DNA of 64,000 bases from Bacteroidota bacterium. GTDB lineage: Bacteria; Bacteroidota; Bacteroidia; Flavobacteriales; Flavobacteriaceae. Positions 8,822 through 21,162 of the stretch are shown piece after piece. The notes below the pieces were generated by a model. It worked only from the letters and a program-made list of their open reading frames with translations, made no database searches and was not told where the DNA came from. The position numbers and the translations under genes are program-made. Numbering within the stretch: the first letter of the stretch is position 1; the number at the start of each line of letters is the position of its first letter. The stretch spans positions 24,845 to 88,844 of the forward strand of contig JAQCCM010000003.1 of NCBI GenBank assembly GCA_027621175.1, written 5' to 3'.

Positions 8822-10423
8822 GTGAAGTCAGTAGTATCTTTGGGGTTTCAGTCGAGTGTGTTTTCGCCTTTGATGCAGCGTTTGTTGCAATCAGACAAGG
8901 CGCTTCTCCCTTTTCATAATGGATTGGCAACCGTTTCAAATGTTCAAAAAGCAGCTCAAAACAGGGCTGCTACATACTCAAATGAAAGTCGTAAGGTATT
9001 GGCAGATGCCATCCAAAATCAATACAGTCATCTAGATCAAAAGGAGGAAGTCGCAGCAAATGTACAGCTACTGAAGAATCCCAATACTGTTACGGTTACT
9101 ACGGGTCATCAACTAAATATTTTTACGGGTCCTTTGTTTTTTTGGTATAAGATTTTGGATGTGATCAATACGGCAGAGCGCATGCAGCAGGCAGACAGCT
9201 CTCATCACTACATTCCTGTATTTTGGATGGCTTCTGAGGATCATGATTTTGAAGAAATCAATCACTTTTTTTTAGGTGAACAAAAAGTCCGCTGGGAAAC
9301 TGAATCAGGAGGTCCAGTTGGACGAATTCCCACCAAAACATTAGCCGAATTATACGGTCAGTTGGAGCCGTATTGGAATAACACCCCATTGGGAAAAGAA
9401 CTCTTGGCATTGTTTGCAGCTTGTTATTTAAAAGAAGACAATTTGGCCAACGCTACCCGAAAGTTAGTGCATCAGCTTTTTGGAAAATACGGATTGATAA
9501 TCGTTGATGGAGATGATCCGAAACTCAAAAAACGCTTTGTCCCAACATTGCTTTGTGAAGTTAGAGAACAACTAACAGCCTCATCTGTTTTGAGCACCGA
9601 TAAATCCTTAGCCAACGCAATACCAGGCTACAAACCACAAGTAACCCCGAGAGAAATTAACTTGTTTTACTTGCTTAACGACAAGCGTTTACGCATGGTA
9701 AAAAAAGAAAATGAATACGCAACTATCGAAAGAACGCATGCTTGGAGCTTAAAAGCTTTAGAAACAGAAATACAATTGAATCCTGAGCGGTTTTCTCCAA
9801 ATGCCCTAATGCGCCCTTTGTATCAAGAGTGTGTTTTGCCAAACATAGCTTATATTGGAGGCGGAGGTGAGTTGGCGTATTGGTTGCAACTGAAGGAAGC
9901 TTTTGAGGCATTTAATATTCCGTATCCGCTATTACAGCACCGTTCCAGTGTGTTGCTGATGTCTGAAAAGCAAGTAAAAAAATGCACCAACTTAAATCTT
10001 CGTTTTCAAGATTTATTTTTGCCAAAAGCCTCTTTTATTAACAAACGGGTGCGTCAAATTAGTGATATAGATATTGATTTCAGTGCTCAAAAAAGTATAT
10101 TAGTTAATCATTTTGAAGCATTAAAAGAACTTGCTAAACAAACGGATGCGTCTTTCTTGGGCGCGGTTAATGCACAAGAAAAGAAGCAAATCAAAGGGCT
10201 TGAAAATCTCGAAAAGCGTTTGCTTAAAGCCCAGCGTATCAAACTCAAAGATGAGATTATTCGTGTTACAGATATCCAAAATGCACTTTTCCCAAACGGG
10301 AAGTTACAAGAACGCTCCGCCCACTTTTCCACTTTTACAAGTGATACGACTATTGAGACATTTACCAGTGCATTAAAAAAGGCACTTTCTGATGCTGAGG
10401 GATTACAAATCTTGCAGTATTAA
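8822..10423 (+). CDS. bshC: Bacillithiol biosynthesis cysteine-adding enzyme BshC
   Basis: About 530 aa, GTG start. The layout and motifs (WMASEDHDFEEINH, IGGGGELAYWLQLK) match my memory of BshC. Confidence 0.75.
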   Translation: MKSVVSLGFQSSVFSPLMQRLLQSDKALLPFHNGLATVSNVQKAAQNRAATYSNESRKVLADAIQNQYSHLDQKEEVAANVQLLKNPNTVTVTTGHQLNIFTGPLFFWYKILDVINTAERMQQADSSHHYIPVFWMASEDHDFEEINHFFLGEQKVRWETESGGPVGRIPTKTLAELYGQLEPYWNNTPLGKELLALFAACYLKEDNLANATRKLVHQLFGKYGLIIVDGDDPKLKKRFVPTLLCEVREQLTASSVLSTDKSLANAIPGYKPQVTPREINLFYLLNDKRLRMVKKENEYATIERTHAWSLKALETEIQLNPERFSPNALMRPLYQECVLPNIAYIGGGGELAYWLQLKEAFEAFNIPYPLLQHRSSVLLMSEKQVKKCTNLNLRFQDLFLPKASFINKRVRQISDIDIDFSAQKSILVNHFEALKELAKQTDASFLGAVNAQEKKQIKGLENLEKRLLKAQRIKLKDEIIRVTDIQNALFPNGKLQERSAHFSTFTSDTTIETFTSALKKALSDAEGLQILQY

Positions 10424-10472
10424 GCTGTTAAAAACTAATGCAAAAGCCATAACCACCAACAAAGTTTATTTG

Positions 10473-10480
10473 TATTTTTG
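10473..10480 (+). promoter_or_regulatory. Candidate -7 promoter box (TATTTTTG) for guaA
   Basis: Perfect TAnnTTTG, 3 nt upstream of the ATG at 10484. Confidence 0.4.
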
Positions 10481-10483
10481 CAT

Positions 10484-12010
10484 ATGCAAAACAAAGTTCT
10501 CATTCTCGATTTTGGTTCGCAATACACACAGCTGATTGCACGCCGTGTTCGAGAGCTCTCCATTTTTTGTGAAATTCACCCTTTCCATACTATTCCTGAC
10601 GATGTAGCCACTTTTAAGGCAGTTATCCTTTCTGGTTCCCCTTTTTCGGTGCGCTCCGAGGATGCGCCACATCCCGATTTAAGTAAGATTCGTACTAAAG
10701 TACCCTTGCTTGGCGTGTGTTACGGTGCTCAGTATTTAGCGCATTTTAACGGCGGTGAGGTTGCGCCTTCTAATACTAGAGAATACGGTCGTGCGCGTTT
10801 GGCAAAAGTTGAGAAACATCCGTTTTTAAAGAATATTCCACTACACTCTCAAGTGTGGATGAGTCATAGCGATACCATAAAAAAATTGCCAGAAAATGCT
10901 ACGCAATTAGCATCAACTCAAGATGTTGCAAATGCTGCATATGCCATGGATGATAACATGACCTTTGGTATTCAGTTTCATCCAGAGGTGTATCATTCTA
11001 CGGATGGAAAACAGTTGCTACAAAACTTTTTGGTTGATATAGCTGGCATCACACCCGATTGGACTTCCGATGCTTTTGTGGATACGACAGTAGCTCAATT
11101 GAAGACACAATTGGGAAATGATAAAGTAATTTTAGGACTTAGCGGTGGTGTAGATTCTTCTGTAGCTGCCATTTTGCTGCACAAAGCCATTGGCGCAAAC
11201 TTGCACTGTATTTTCGTGAACAACGGCTTATTACGTAAAAATGAATTTTCGGAAGTACTAGAGCAGTATGAACATATGGGTCTTAACGTTAAGGGCGTAG
11301 ATGCCACAGACGCATTTTTAAGTCAATTAGATAGTGTAAGTGACCCTGAAACCAAACGAAAAATTATAGGTCGCGTTTTTATTGAAGTTTTTGACCAAGA
11401 GGCCAGCAAAGTAAATGGTGCTAAATGGCTTGCTCAGGGAACTATTTACCCCGATGTGATTGAATCTGTATCTGTAAATGGACCATCGGCAACCATTAAG
11501 TCGCATCACAATGTGGGAGGACTTCCAGATTTTATGAAACTTAAAGTGGTAGAACCCTTGAATATGTTGTTCAAAGACGAAGTTCGTAGGGTAGGTGCAA
11601 GTCTCCATATGGCTCCTTCAATTTTAGGACGTCATCCTTTTCCTGGACCTGGATTAGCGATCCGTATCTTGGGCGATATTACAAGAGAAAAAGTAACGAT
11701 GCTGCAAGAAGCAGACGCTATTTTTATACAAGGCTTACGTGATCATGGTCTGTACGACGATGTATGGCAAGCTGGCGTGATGCTACTTCCCGTAAATTCG
11801 GTTGGTGTAATGGGCGATGAGCGCACATACGAAAAGTGTGTTGCCCTTCGTGCAGTAACATCAACAGACGGAATGACGGCAGATTGGGTACATTTGCCTT
11901 ATGAGTTTTTACAAGAAATTTCAAACCAAATCATTAATCGTGTTCCAGGAATTAACCGTGTGGTATATGATATTAGTTCAAAACCCCCTGCAACTATTGA
12001 GTGGGAGTAA
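10484..12010 (+). CDS. guaA: Glutamine-hydrolysing GMP synthase
   Basis: GATase motif GVCYGAQ, PP-loop [12 protein letters not shown] and C-terminal ...PPATIEWE. I chose the ATG at 10484 ([16 protein letters not shown]) over the TTG at 10478. Confidence 0.93.
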   Translation: MQNKVLILDFGSQYTQLIARRVRELSIFCEIHPFHTIPDDVATFKAVILSGSPFSVRSEDAPHPDLSKIRTKVPLLGVCYGAQYLAHFNGGEVAPSNTREYGRARLAKVEKHPFLKNIPLHSQVWMSHSDTIKKLPENATQLASTQDVANAAYAMDDNMTFGIQFHPEVYHSTDGKQLLQNFLVDIAGITPDWTSDAFVDTTVAQLKTQLGNDKVILGLSGGVDSSVAAILLHKAIGANLHCIFVNNGLLRKNEFSEVLEQYEHMGLNVKGVDATDAFLSQLDSVSDPETKRKIIGRVFIEVFDQEASKVNGAKWLAQGTIYPDVIESVSVNGPSATIKSHHNVGGLPDFMKLKVVEPLNMLFKDEVRRVGASLHMAPSILGRHPFPGPGLAIRILGDITREKVTMLQEADAIFIQGLRDHGLYDDVWQAGVMLLPVNSVGVMGDERTYEKCVALRAVTSTDGMTADWVHLPYEFLQEISNQIINRVPGINRVVYDISSKPPATIEWE

Positions 12011-13760
12011 ACGTTTTATTGTTTTTGTAGTTGCACTTTTTTGCTTTGCGGGTGTTGCGCAGCATGGTGAAGTCTCTCATTTTGTTGTACACAAAGTAAA
12101 AAAGAATGAAACCCTTGAGGCTATTGCTTCTAGGTATGACATCAATACAGAACAGATTATTGTGCATAATCCATTTGCAAAAAAAGGGATTCGCAAACGG
12201 GATAAGCTTAAAATTCCACGCTACAAAAAAGTTGTTCAGATTACAACAGTACCTACCCTTGGTAAACATGTTGTAGCACCCAAAGAAACGCTTTGGCGCG
12301 TGGCATACACCTATGGAATTTCAATAGATTCTCTTCGTGTATTAAACCCTGAACTGGGAGATACGCTTTCCATTGGGGCATTGTTAAAAGTTCCACTAAA
12401 AACAGCTGAAGAAAAAGCAGCGCAATTTGATTATTACACCGTACAACCAAGAGAGGGTTTTTACAGGTTAGAGCAAAAATTAGGACTAAATCGTAAAAGA
12501 CTGGAGGCCTTAAACCCTGAACTTTTAAGTGTGGACTTACAAGCAGGTATGGTTTTAAAAATTCCAAAAATACAAGCCGATACGCTGTTGGTACAAAACC
12601 CCCAACTTGATTCAACAAAGCCAAATTTTTGGGACAGTACTTTTGTGTCTCCTGTAGTTCGTATCGCACTAATGGCGCCGTTCCGACTTTCTCGCATTGA
12701 GTTGGACTCTGTCATGCAAACCGACAAAACTCTTACAGAACGCAACTTAACTACAGTTGCCTTGGATTTTTATGCGGGTATGCTATTTGCTGCAGACAGT
12801 CTGAATACTGCAGGATTAAGTGTTGAGCTTACTGTTTTTGATACTGAAAACCAACGCCATATCATTGAACAAACACTCAATGAGCAAGACTTTGCGCAAT
12901 TTGATGCAGTAATGGGTCCTTTTACACCAGGTAATGTGAGCCGTGTTTCGCAAGCAATGTCGTTTTTTAATATTCCGGTTGTTTCCCCCTTGACTCCTAG
13001 AGATTTTCAATCCTATAAAACAAGTTTTAACTCCATTCCTAGTAAAGAAAACCTGAGCAAACGAATCACAACGTATATAGATTCACTTGATGCCATTTCA
13101 GAAAATCCATGCATTTTAATTATTTCGGATGATAAAAACCGAAATACAGAGTTGAAGTTGAAAGAAAAATTTCCGCTGGCAGAAATTATTCGACCAAACG
13201 AGCAGTTTGGATACGTAGAGCCTGATATTGTAGATTCATTACTTACGCCAACACGACTAAACTGGGTGTTTTTAGAAAGTGAAGACTTAAATCTTATTAC
13301 AAGTATGACGTCTATGCTTAATGCACAACAACGCGAGGATAGACAAGTTCAATTGTTTACACACTACCGTTCGGCAACTTATGACGACCCCAATGTTTCG
13401 CAAGAACACTTGGGTAACATACGATTCACATATCCTAGTAATTTTCATGTAAAACAAGATAGCGTGAGACTAAAATTTGACGCATCGTATAAAAGGCGTT
13501 TTGGTAAAGTGCCTAACCGAACTGCAGTAAAAGGCTTTGACATGATGATTGATATAGCACTTCGTATCGCTGTGAAGAGGACTTTATATGATGGTGTTTC
13601 CTTGGGACTTGGCGAACAACTTCAGCATCGATTTGAATATACTCCTGTTCCTGGTGGAGGTTTCCGAAATACAGCTACTTATATCATTCAGCAACAGGGC
13701 TTTGAAATGATTGAAGTAGAACCTCCTAGCACCGTCGTAGATTCGTTGCAGTCTAGGTAG
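11967..13760 (+). CDS. Secreted protein with three LysM repeats and a C-terminal periplasmic-binding-protein-like domain
   Basis: Signal peptide [18 protein letters not shown]. Three LysM-like units ([18 protein letters not shown]..., [18 protein letters not shown]..., [18 protein letters not shown]...). The start is uncertain: ATG 11967 overlaps guaA by 44 nt and TTG 11997 by 14 nt. Confidence 0.65.
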   Translation: MILVQNPLQLLSGSKRFIVFVVALFCFAGVAQHGEVSHFVVHKVKKNETLEAIASRYDINTEQIIVHNPFAKKGIRKRDKLKIPRYKKVVQITTVPTLGKHVVAPKETLWRVAYTYGISIDSLRVLNPELGDTLSIGALLKVPLKTAEEKAAQFDYYTVQPREGFYRLEQKLGLNRKRLEALNPELLSVDLQAGMVLKIPKIQADTLLVQNPQLDSTKPNFWDSTFVSPVVRIALMAPFRLSRIELDSVMQTDKTLTERNLTTVALDFYAGMLFAADSLNTAGLSVELTVFDTENQRHIIEQTLNEQDFAQFDAVMGPFTPGNVSRVSQAMSFFNIPVVSPLTPRDFQSYKTSFNSIPSKENLSKRITTYIDSLDAISENPCILIISDDKNRNTELKLKEKFPLAEIIRPNEQFGYVEPDIVDSLLTPTRLNWVFLESEDLNLITSMTSMLNAQQREDRQVQLFTHYRSATYDDPNVSQEHLGNIRFTYPSNFHVKQDSVRLKFDASYKRRFGKVPNRTAVKGFDMMIDIALRIAVKRTLYDGVSLGLGEQLQHRFEYTPVPGGGFRNTATYIIQQQGFEMIEVEPPSTVVDSLQSR

Positions 13761-13771
13761 TTTATTCTTTG

Positions 13772-13779
13772 TATTTTTG
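13772..13779 (+). promoter_or_regulatory. Candidate -7 promoter box (TATTTTTG) for pyrG
   Basis: Perfect TAnnTTTG, 21 nt upstream of the ATG at 13801. Confidence 0.5.
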
Positions 13780-13788
13780 CACCTTTAA

Positions 13789-15420
<1,632 letters not shown>

Positions 15421-15423
15421 CGA

Positions 15424-17223
15424 ATGGAAGAACGTCGTATAGACCCCTTACAAATCATAGGCATGGTTCTCGTCTTTGTCATTTTTACATGGATGATGTA
15501 TAACCAATCTGCTGAAGATCTAGCACTTGCTAATACCCAACAAGAACAAACGTCAGAAGCTGTTACTGAAACCCAAAAGCAAACACCCGATCAAGCACTG
15601 GTTGTTTCCGAAGAAATACTTTCTTCAGACGATATCGCAAAAGAAACCATAACACTTCAAAACGATGTGCTTTCTATTGGAATCTCTACCAAAGGAGGGG
15701 TTATGGAGCAAGTGTTGATAAATGGAGAAACAAACTATCAAGATGCACCCCTATACCTTGTAGACAAAGAAAACAATTCCCTTAATCTTGCTTTTACAAC
15801 CGCTGCAGGACAGCTGTTGCAGACCAAATTTCTGATGTTTTCTCCAACCGTTACTAAAAACGACAACGGACAAGAATTACGCCTTCGCGCACCTATTGAG
15901 GCAAACGGCTATATTGAGTTTGTATATACACTTCCCAAAAACGGATTTCGTTTTGGTTTTGAGGTAGTTGCAGAAGGAATTGAAAATGCGCTAGATACGG
16001 CAATTCCAGTTGCCTTTTCATGGAATATGGATGGTTTCCGTCATGCTAAAAGTGCGCAATATGAAAACCGCTACACCCAATTGGCATACCGTCACGAAAA
16101 CGATAAGTACAGTACGCTTTCTGCTTCGGGTGACGATGATGAAAAAGAAAAAAATGTGGAGTGGGTTTCTTACCGCCAACATTTTTTTAGCAGTATTCTG
16201 ATACCTGAACAACCCTTTGAGCAAGCATTGCTTAGCGCAACAGACATGACTGATGAAGAGGTAGAAGCCTCTGCATACCTCAAAGGTTTTTCTACAGAAA
16301 CATCGCTTCCGTTTGACCGCAACCGTTTTCAAGCCAATTTTGACTGGTATATGGGTCCGACAGATTATGCAATACTCAAAAATTACGATGAAAACTTATT
16401 TGAAAGTATTTCGTTTGGGTGGGGGCTTATTGGCTGGATAAACCGCTCAGTATTCTATCCTCTTTTTGGTTTTTTAACTGGTATAGTACCACACGGGATT
16501 GCCATTATTTTGCTTACAGTAATTGTACGATTGGTGTTGTCGCCAGTATTGTATAAATCCTATGTGTCTCAGGCAAAAATGCGTGTATTAAAACCTGAAA
16601 TTTCGGAGATAAGCGAAAAGTATAAAAATGATGCTACCAAGCGTCAGCAGGAAACCATGAAACTATACACCAAAGCTGGCGCAAGTCCGCTTGCAGGTTG
16701 TATTCCTGCATTGATACAAATGCCCGTTTTCTTTGCTTTATTTTATTTTTTCCCCATTGCTTATGAGCTTCGAGGAAAATCATTTTTGTGGGCAGACGAC
16801 TTATCGTCTTATGACGTCATTGCCGACCTGCCTTTTAACATTCCATTCTATGGCGATCATATTAGTTTATTCCCCTTATTGGCTTCAGTAGCGATATTTT
16901 TCTATACACGCATGACCACAGGACAGCAAATGCAACCCTCTCAACCGGGTATGCCAAACATGAAATTTATCATGTATTTGATGCCGGTGATGATGTTGTT
17001 TTTCTTTAACAATTATGCCAGTGGATTTAGCTTGTATTACGTGATTTCGAATCTGTTGATGATTGCTATCATGATCGTGTTTAAAGACTTGATTATCGAT
17101 CAGGATAAAATCCATGCACAGATTGAGGAGAACAAAAAGAAGCCAAAAAAACAAAACCGTTTTCAGCGTAAAATGGCTGAGATGATGGAAGAAGCTGATC
17201 GTCAAAAAAAGCTTCGCAAGTAA
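15424..17223 (+). CDS. yidC: Membrane protein insertase YidC
   Basis: N-terminal transmembrane segment, large periplasmic domain, C-terminal Oxa1-type multi-TM core and a basic tail. Confidence 0.9.
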   Translation: MEERRIDPLQIIGMVLVFVIFTWMMYNQSAEDLALANTQQEQTSEAVTETQKQTPDQALVVSEEILSSDDIAKETITLQNDVLSIGISTKGGVMEQVLINGETNYQDAPLYLVDKENNSLNLAFTTAAGQLLQTKFLMFSPTVTKNDNGQELRLRAPIEANGYIEFVYTLPKNGFRFGFEVVAEGIENALDTAIPVAFSWNMDGFRHAKSAQYENRYTQLAYRHENDKYSTLSASGDDDEKEKNVEWVSYRQHFFSSILIPEQPFEQALLSATDMTDEEVEASAYLKGFSTETSLPFDRNRFQANFDWYMGPTDYAILKNYDENLFESISFGWGLIGWINRSVFYPLFGFLTGIVPHGIAIILLTVIVRLVLSPVLYKSYVSQAKMRVLKPEISEISEKYKNDATKRQQETMKLYTKAGASPLAGCIPALIQMPVFFALFYFFPIAYELRGKSFLWADDLSSYDVIADLPFNIPFYGDHISLFPLLASVAIFFYTRMTTGQQMQPSQPGMPNMKFIMYLMPVMMLFFFNNYASGFSLYYVISNLLMIAIMIVFKDLIIDQDKIHAQIEENKKKPKKQNRFQRKMAEMMEEADRQKKLRK

Positions 17224-17274
17224 AACTGCCACAAACACTTCATTACTCGTTTGGTAGAGCGGTATCAACCTGCT

Positions 17275-17282
17275 TAACTTTG
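17275..17282 (+). promoter_or_regulatory. Candidate -7 promoter box (TAACTTTG) for mnmA
   Basis: Perfect TAnnTTTG, 4 nt upstream of the ATG at 17287. Confidence 0.4.
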
Positions 17283-17286
17283 CGCT

Positions 17287-18456
17287 ATGCAAGCAAAACG
17301 TGTTATTGTAGGACTTTCAGGCGGCGTTGACTCTAGCGTTGCCGCGTATTTGTTATTACAACAAGGTTATGAAGTCATAGGCTTGTTTATGAAAAATTGG
17401 CACGACGACTCTGTTACTCTTTCCGATGAATGCCCTTGGCTTGAAGATAGCAACGACGCAATGCTTGTAGCTGATACACTTGGAATTCCATTTCAAACCG
17501 TTGATTTAAGCGAGCAATACAAAGCCCGTATCGTCGATTATATGTTTGCCGAATACCAACGTGGGCGCACGCCAAACCCGGATGTGTTATGCAATCGTGA
17601 AATTAAATTCGATGTGTTTTTAGATATTGCGCTGTCGTTAGGTGCAGATTTTGTTGCTACGGGGCACTATTGCCAAAAAGGAGAGATGACCACTTCATCC
17701 CACACCACCCATCAACTTATAGCCGGTGCCGACTCCAATAAAGATCAATCTTACTTTTTATGCCAGCTCAATCAAGCACAATTGGCAAAAACATTATTTC
17801 CCATTGGAGGTTTGCAAAAAAGCGAAGTACGTAAAATTGCTACTGAACAAGGGATGATTACTGCTGAAAAACGGGATTCACAGGGACTTTGTTTTATTGG
17901 AAAAGTGAGCCTCCCTGATTTTTTGCAACAAAAACTCGCCGTTAAAAAAGGCGATATCGTTCAAGTAGCCAGCTCACACCCAATGTACTGCGAGCCGCAA
18001 GAAAACTCCCCCGAGGAATTGGCAAAAAAATATATCTATACGCCATCTGATGGTAAGCAAGTAGGAACGCATAACGGTGCTCATTTTTTCACAGTGGGAC
18101 AACGTAAAGGGTTAGCGGTTGGCGGAACAGTAGAGCCATTATTTGTATTGGCTACGGATGTAAAAACAAATACAATTTATGTAGGGGAAGGGAAAAACCA
18201 CCCCGGATTATTTCGCCGTGCGTTATGGATTGCACAAGAAGATGTTCATTGGGTGCGCCCAGATTTAGCCTCAGACAATCCCATGGAGGTACAAGCGCGT
18301 ATTCGTTATAGACAGCCGCTGACAACCGCTACGCTACACCCCACTTCCGAAGGAATGTTCTTGGTTTTTGACGCACCGCAATCAGCGATTGCTGCTGGAC
18401 AGTTTGCTGCGTGGTATTTAGATCATGAATGTATTGGCTCTGGCGTAATTGGCTAG
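17287..18456 (+). CDS. mnmA: tRNA 2-thiouridine(34) synthase MnmA
   Basis: PP-loop [13 protein letters not shown], plus [15 protein letters not shown] and DQSYFL. Confidence 0.92.
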   Translation: MQAKRVIVGLSGGVDSSVAAYLLLQQGYEVIGLFMKNWHDDSVTLSDECPWLEDSNDAMLVADTLGIPFQTVDLSEQYKARIVDYMFAEYQRGRTPNPDVLCNREIKFDVFLDIALSLGADFVATGHYCQKGEMTTSSHTTHQLIAGADSNKDQSYFLCQLNQAQLAKTLFPIGGLQKSEVRKIATEQGMITAEKRDSQGLCFIGKVSLPDFLQQKLAVKKGDIVQVASSHPMYCEPQENSPEELAKKYIYTPSDGKQVGTHNGAHFFTVGQRKGLAVGGTVEPLFVLATDVKTNTIYVGEGKNHPGLFRRALWIAQEDVHWVRPDLASDNPMEVQARIRYRQPLTTATLHPTSEGMFLVFDAPQSAIAAGQFAAWYLDHECIGSGVIG

Positions 18457-18567
18457 GTATAGCTTTCTGCTTGTTCACCTTCAAAAATAAAAAGGGAAGT
18501 CTAGATCCTTAAGTTTTTTTATACAAACACTCATTTGCATAAGTTATGTTAGCATCAAGGTTTCCCT

Positions 18568-18575
18568 TATATTTG
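18568..18575 (+). promoter_or_regulatory. Candidate -7 promoter box (TATATTTG) for tatA
   Basis: Perfect TAnnTTTG, 4 nt upstream of the ATG at 18580. Confidence 0.4.
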
Positions 18576-18579
18576 CTTT

Positions 18580-18843
18580 ATGATTTTTTTTATAAGCGGA
18601 GCTGAACTGGTTTTTGTGTTTATGATAGTGCTGTTGGTTTTTGGCGCGAATCGTATTCCAGAAATTGCGCGTACACTTGCCAAAGGCATTCAACAAGTAA
18701 AAAGTGCGAGTAGAGATTTCCGAGAAGAATTAGAGAAATCTGCCGAGGCGCAAGGCTTAGATACTAAAGAACTTCAAAAAGAAGTAGATGACCTCAAAAA
18801 AGAAATCAGTGAAATTACGGGAACTGTTAAACGCAGACTTTAA
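18580..18843 (+). CDS. tatA: Twin-arginine translocase TatA/TatE family subunit
   Basis: N-terminal transmembrane helix then an amphipathic helix: ELVFVFMIVLLVFGANRIPEIARTLAKGIQQVK. Confidence 0.8.
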   Translation: MIFFISGAELVFVFMIVLLVFGANRIPEIARTLAKGIQQVKSASRDFREELEKSAEAQGLDTKELQKEVDDLKKEISEITGTVKRRL

Positions 18844-19475
18844 GTTTTTCGCATAAGCGTTAAACCATCTCTCACAGGTAATAATACGGTCTCTACACGT
18901 GTGTCTTCCACCACTTTTTTGTTAAACTGTTGTAGTGTTTGTGTGGCTTCGTCTGTGGCGTTTGTAACTACTTTTCCAGACCACAATACGTTATCTGCAA
19001 TAATCAATCCGCCCGTTTGTACGCGATCTATTATCAAGTCAAAATATAGTGGATATTGCTCTTTGTCTGCATCAATGAAAACCAAATCAAAGTTTCCATT
19101 CAAAGTGGGGATAATATCAGCCGCATTTCCCAAATGCTGAAAAATTTGTTTTCCATAGCTAGAAGCATCAAAATACCGTCGTTGTAAATCTGTTAATTCT
19201 TCGTCAACGTCAATGGTGTCTATACGTCCATTTTCGTGTAACCCTTCCGCCATACAAAGTGCCGAATATCCTGTAAATGTGCCAATTTCTAAAATGTGTT
19301 TAGGCTTGATTAGTTTGGAAATAAGAGATAACAATCGCCCTTGGTAGGCACCGCTTAACATTCTTGGCTGTAACACTTTTAGGTGGGTTTCACGTGCCAA
19401 TTCTTGCAATAAATCAGGTTCTTGTTCTGAGTGTTGTTGTACGTATGTTTCTAAATTTTCTGCTAAAAAATTCAT
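18840..19475 (-). CDS. Class I SAM-dependent O-methyltransferase (family 3, caffeoyl-CoA OMT-like)
   Basis: Motifs ILEIGTFTGYSALCMAEGL and FIDADKEQY. Confidence 0.8.
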   Translation of the reverse strand: MNFLAENLETYVQQHSEQEPDLLQELARETHLKVLQPRMLSGAYQGRLLSLISKLIKPKHILEIGTFTGYSALCMAEGLHENGRIDTIDVDEELTDLQRRYFDASSYGKQIFQHLGNAADIIPTLNGNFDLVFIDADKEQYPLYFDLIIDRVQTGGLIIADNVLWSGKVVTNATDEATQTLQQFNKKVVEDTRVETVLLPVRDGLTLMRKT

Positions 19476-20095
19476 ATTTTTTTTGGTCTTGCGTAAGGGA
19501 ATCGTTCAATGAGCTCTGTTTTAGCGTAACCATCCAAACCATTGATGGTTACTGTATCGGCATGTTGAAGTTTTAACCAGCCATCTTTTTGCTGAATATT
19601 TTCATCGGAAACATATACATGCTCTATTTGACTGACAAGCAATAGCGTGTTGTTTTCTTTGATTTCGTATTCGCTTAAAAACTTACATCCCAATCTTATT
19701 TTTGTTCCTTTGATGTAAGGAGCGTAAAAATTTTCTAAATATTCTTCCTCTAATTCAGTTTGCGAAAATTCCGAAACCTCGGTAGGATATTTTGCTGAAG
19801 TATGATGTGCGTCTTCAACGATAGTGCTATGAATATGATTCACGGTGAAGAATCCAGTTTCTTTAATGTTTCGGTAGGTATCACGGGGAACAGTAGTGGG
19901 ACGCAATACAAACCCAATAAGCGGTGGATTACTTCCCAAGTGTGTGATGCTGCTAAAGACCGCCACATTGGGTGCGCCATTTGTGGACTTTGTTCCTAAC
20001 AAATTGGCAGATTTAAATCCAGTACAACTGTTGATGAGGTTAAGGCGGAATATTTTATCCATTTGGTCAATATCCGTACGCGTGTAGTGTAGCAT
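19472..20095 (-). CDS. Flavin reductase-like (FMN-binding split-barrel) family protein
   Basis: About 200 aa, ...NVAVFSSITHLGSNPPLIGFVLRP... ATGA overlap with the downstream OMT gene. Confidence 0.6.
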   Translation of the reverse strand: MLHYTRTDIDQMDKIFRLNLINSCTGFKSANLLGTKSTNGAPNVAVFSSITHLGSNPPLIGFVLRPTTVPRDTYRNIKETGFFTVNHIHSTIVEDAHHTSAKYPTEVSEFSQTELEEEYLENFYAPYIKGTKIRLGCKFLSEYEIKENNTLLLVSQIEHVYVSDENIQQKDGWLKLQHADTVTINGLDGYAKTELIERFPYARPKKI

Positions 20096-20105
20096 AGCTT
20101 TTTTA

Positions 20106-20113
20106 CAAATTTA
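20106..20113 (-). promoter_or_regulatory. Candidate -7 promoter box (TAAATTTG on the minus strand) for the flavin reductase/OMT pair
   Basis: The plus strand reads CAAATTTA, the reverse complement of TAnnTTTG, 10 nt upstream of the start at 20095. Confidence 0.4.
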
Positions 20114-20131
20114 CGTAATAAATGAATTCAT

Positions 20132-20139
20132 TACTTTTG
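20132..20139 (+). promoter_or_regulatory. Candidate -7 promoter box (TACTTTTG) for tRNA-Val
   Basis: Perfect TAnnTTTG, 7 nt upstream of the mature tRNA 5' end. Confidence 0.5.
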
Positions 20140-20146
20140 CAGTCTT

Positions 20147-20221
20147 GGGTCATTAACTCAGTTGGTTCAGAGTGTCGCCTTGACAGGGCGGAAGTCATTG
20201 GTTCGAATCCAATATGACCCA
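20147..20221 (+). tRNA. tRNA-Val (anticodon GAC)
   Basis: Hand-folded cloverleaf. Acceptor GGGTCAT/ATGACCC, D arm ACTC..GAGT, anticodon stem TCGCC/GGCGG with loop TTGACAG, T arm ATTGG-TTCGAAT-CCAAT, discriminator A. CCA is not encoded. Confidence 0.9.
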
Positions 20222-20233
20222 CAATAAAACAAA

Positions 20234-21157
20234 ATGCGCGTTACTCTTTTATTCTATATAATATCTTTGAGCGCCCTTTTTGGTTATTCACAGTCTCAAA
20301 AAATACGTTTATTTTCGGAAAATATACCTTGTGAAAGTAATGTAGCACTGTCGCTTACGTATGATTTCGAAAGAAAAATGATACGTGAAGTTGAATTGCC
20401 AGAGATGTGGTTTTTCCCTGCTGAAAATTCAAATGAAAAAAATGCAGCCGTTTTAATAATACCTGGCGGTGGATATGGTGGGCTTTCATATGAAAGGGAA
20501 GGGAATCAAGTAGCCTCATGGTTAAATTCTTTAGGTGTTTCTGCTTTTGTGCTTATTCATAGATTGCCTTCTCCAGCTTTTGGAGCTTGTCAAAGTACAG
20601 TTCCTCTTACAGACGCCAAGCGCGCAATAGAACTGATTCGTGAAAATGCTGATTCCTGGAAAATAGATTCCTCACGGGTTGGAGTAATGGGTTTCTCGGC
20701 AGGAGGACATTTGGCAGCAACATTGTCAACAAAATACCTCAATATAAATGATGCCTCGGAGAGTACTGTGAAAAAATATTATGCTCGGCCTGATTTTACA
20801 ATTCTTATATACCCTGTTATCACTATGTTATTGCCAGAAACGCATTACGGCTCAAGAAAAAACTTGTTAGGTGAAAACCCATCTGACGAAGAAGTCATGT
20901 TATTTTCTAACGAAAACCATGTAACGCCTAACACTCCACCCACCTTACTAGTTCACGCAAGTGATGACAAAGCTGTTGTGGTAGAAAATAGTGTTACATA
21001 CTTTTCTGCATTACAAGCAAATGGGGTTCCTTCTGCGATGCATATTTGGGAAAAGGGAGGTCATGGTTTTGGTATGCAGGGCGGGGAAGGAGCTATAAAA
21101 TCTTGGCCTGTTGTTACTGAAGATTGGCTCATTCAGCGCGAAATTATTCGTAAGTAG
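20234..21157 (+). CDS. Secreted alpha/beta hydrolase (esterase/lipase fold)
   Basis: Signal peptide, oxyanion region IPGGGYGG, nucleophile elbow GFSAGGHLA, and C-terminal HASDD and GGHGF. Confidence 0.8.
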   Translation: MRVTLLFYIISLSALFGYSQSQKIRLFSENIPCESNVALSLTYDFERKMIREVELPEMWFFPAENSNEKNAAVLIIPGGGYGGLSYEREGNQVASWLNSLGVSAFVLIHRLPSPAFGACQSTVPLTDAKRAIELIRENADSWKIDSSRVGVMGFSAGGHLAATLSTKYLNINDASESTVKKYYARPDFTILIYPVITMLLPETHYGSRKNLLGENPSDEEVMLFSNENHVTPNTPPTLLVHASDDKAVVVENSVTYFSALQANGVPSAMHIWEKGGHGFGMQGGEGAIKSWPVVTEDWLIQREIIRK

Positions 21158-21162
21158 TATGT

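Noticed and set aside
16885-17292. 135-aa minus-strand ORF spanning the yidC 3' end and the yidC-mnmA spacer
   Set aside because: It is antisense to the conserved YidC C-terminal core, has no recognisable domain or promoter box, and is most likely a chance ORF. The same reasoning applies to 12253..12669, 33186..33554 and 44621..45022.
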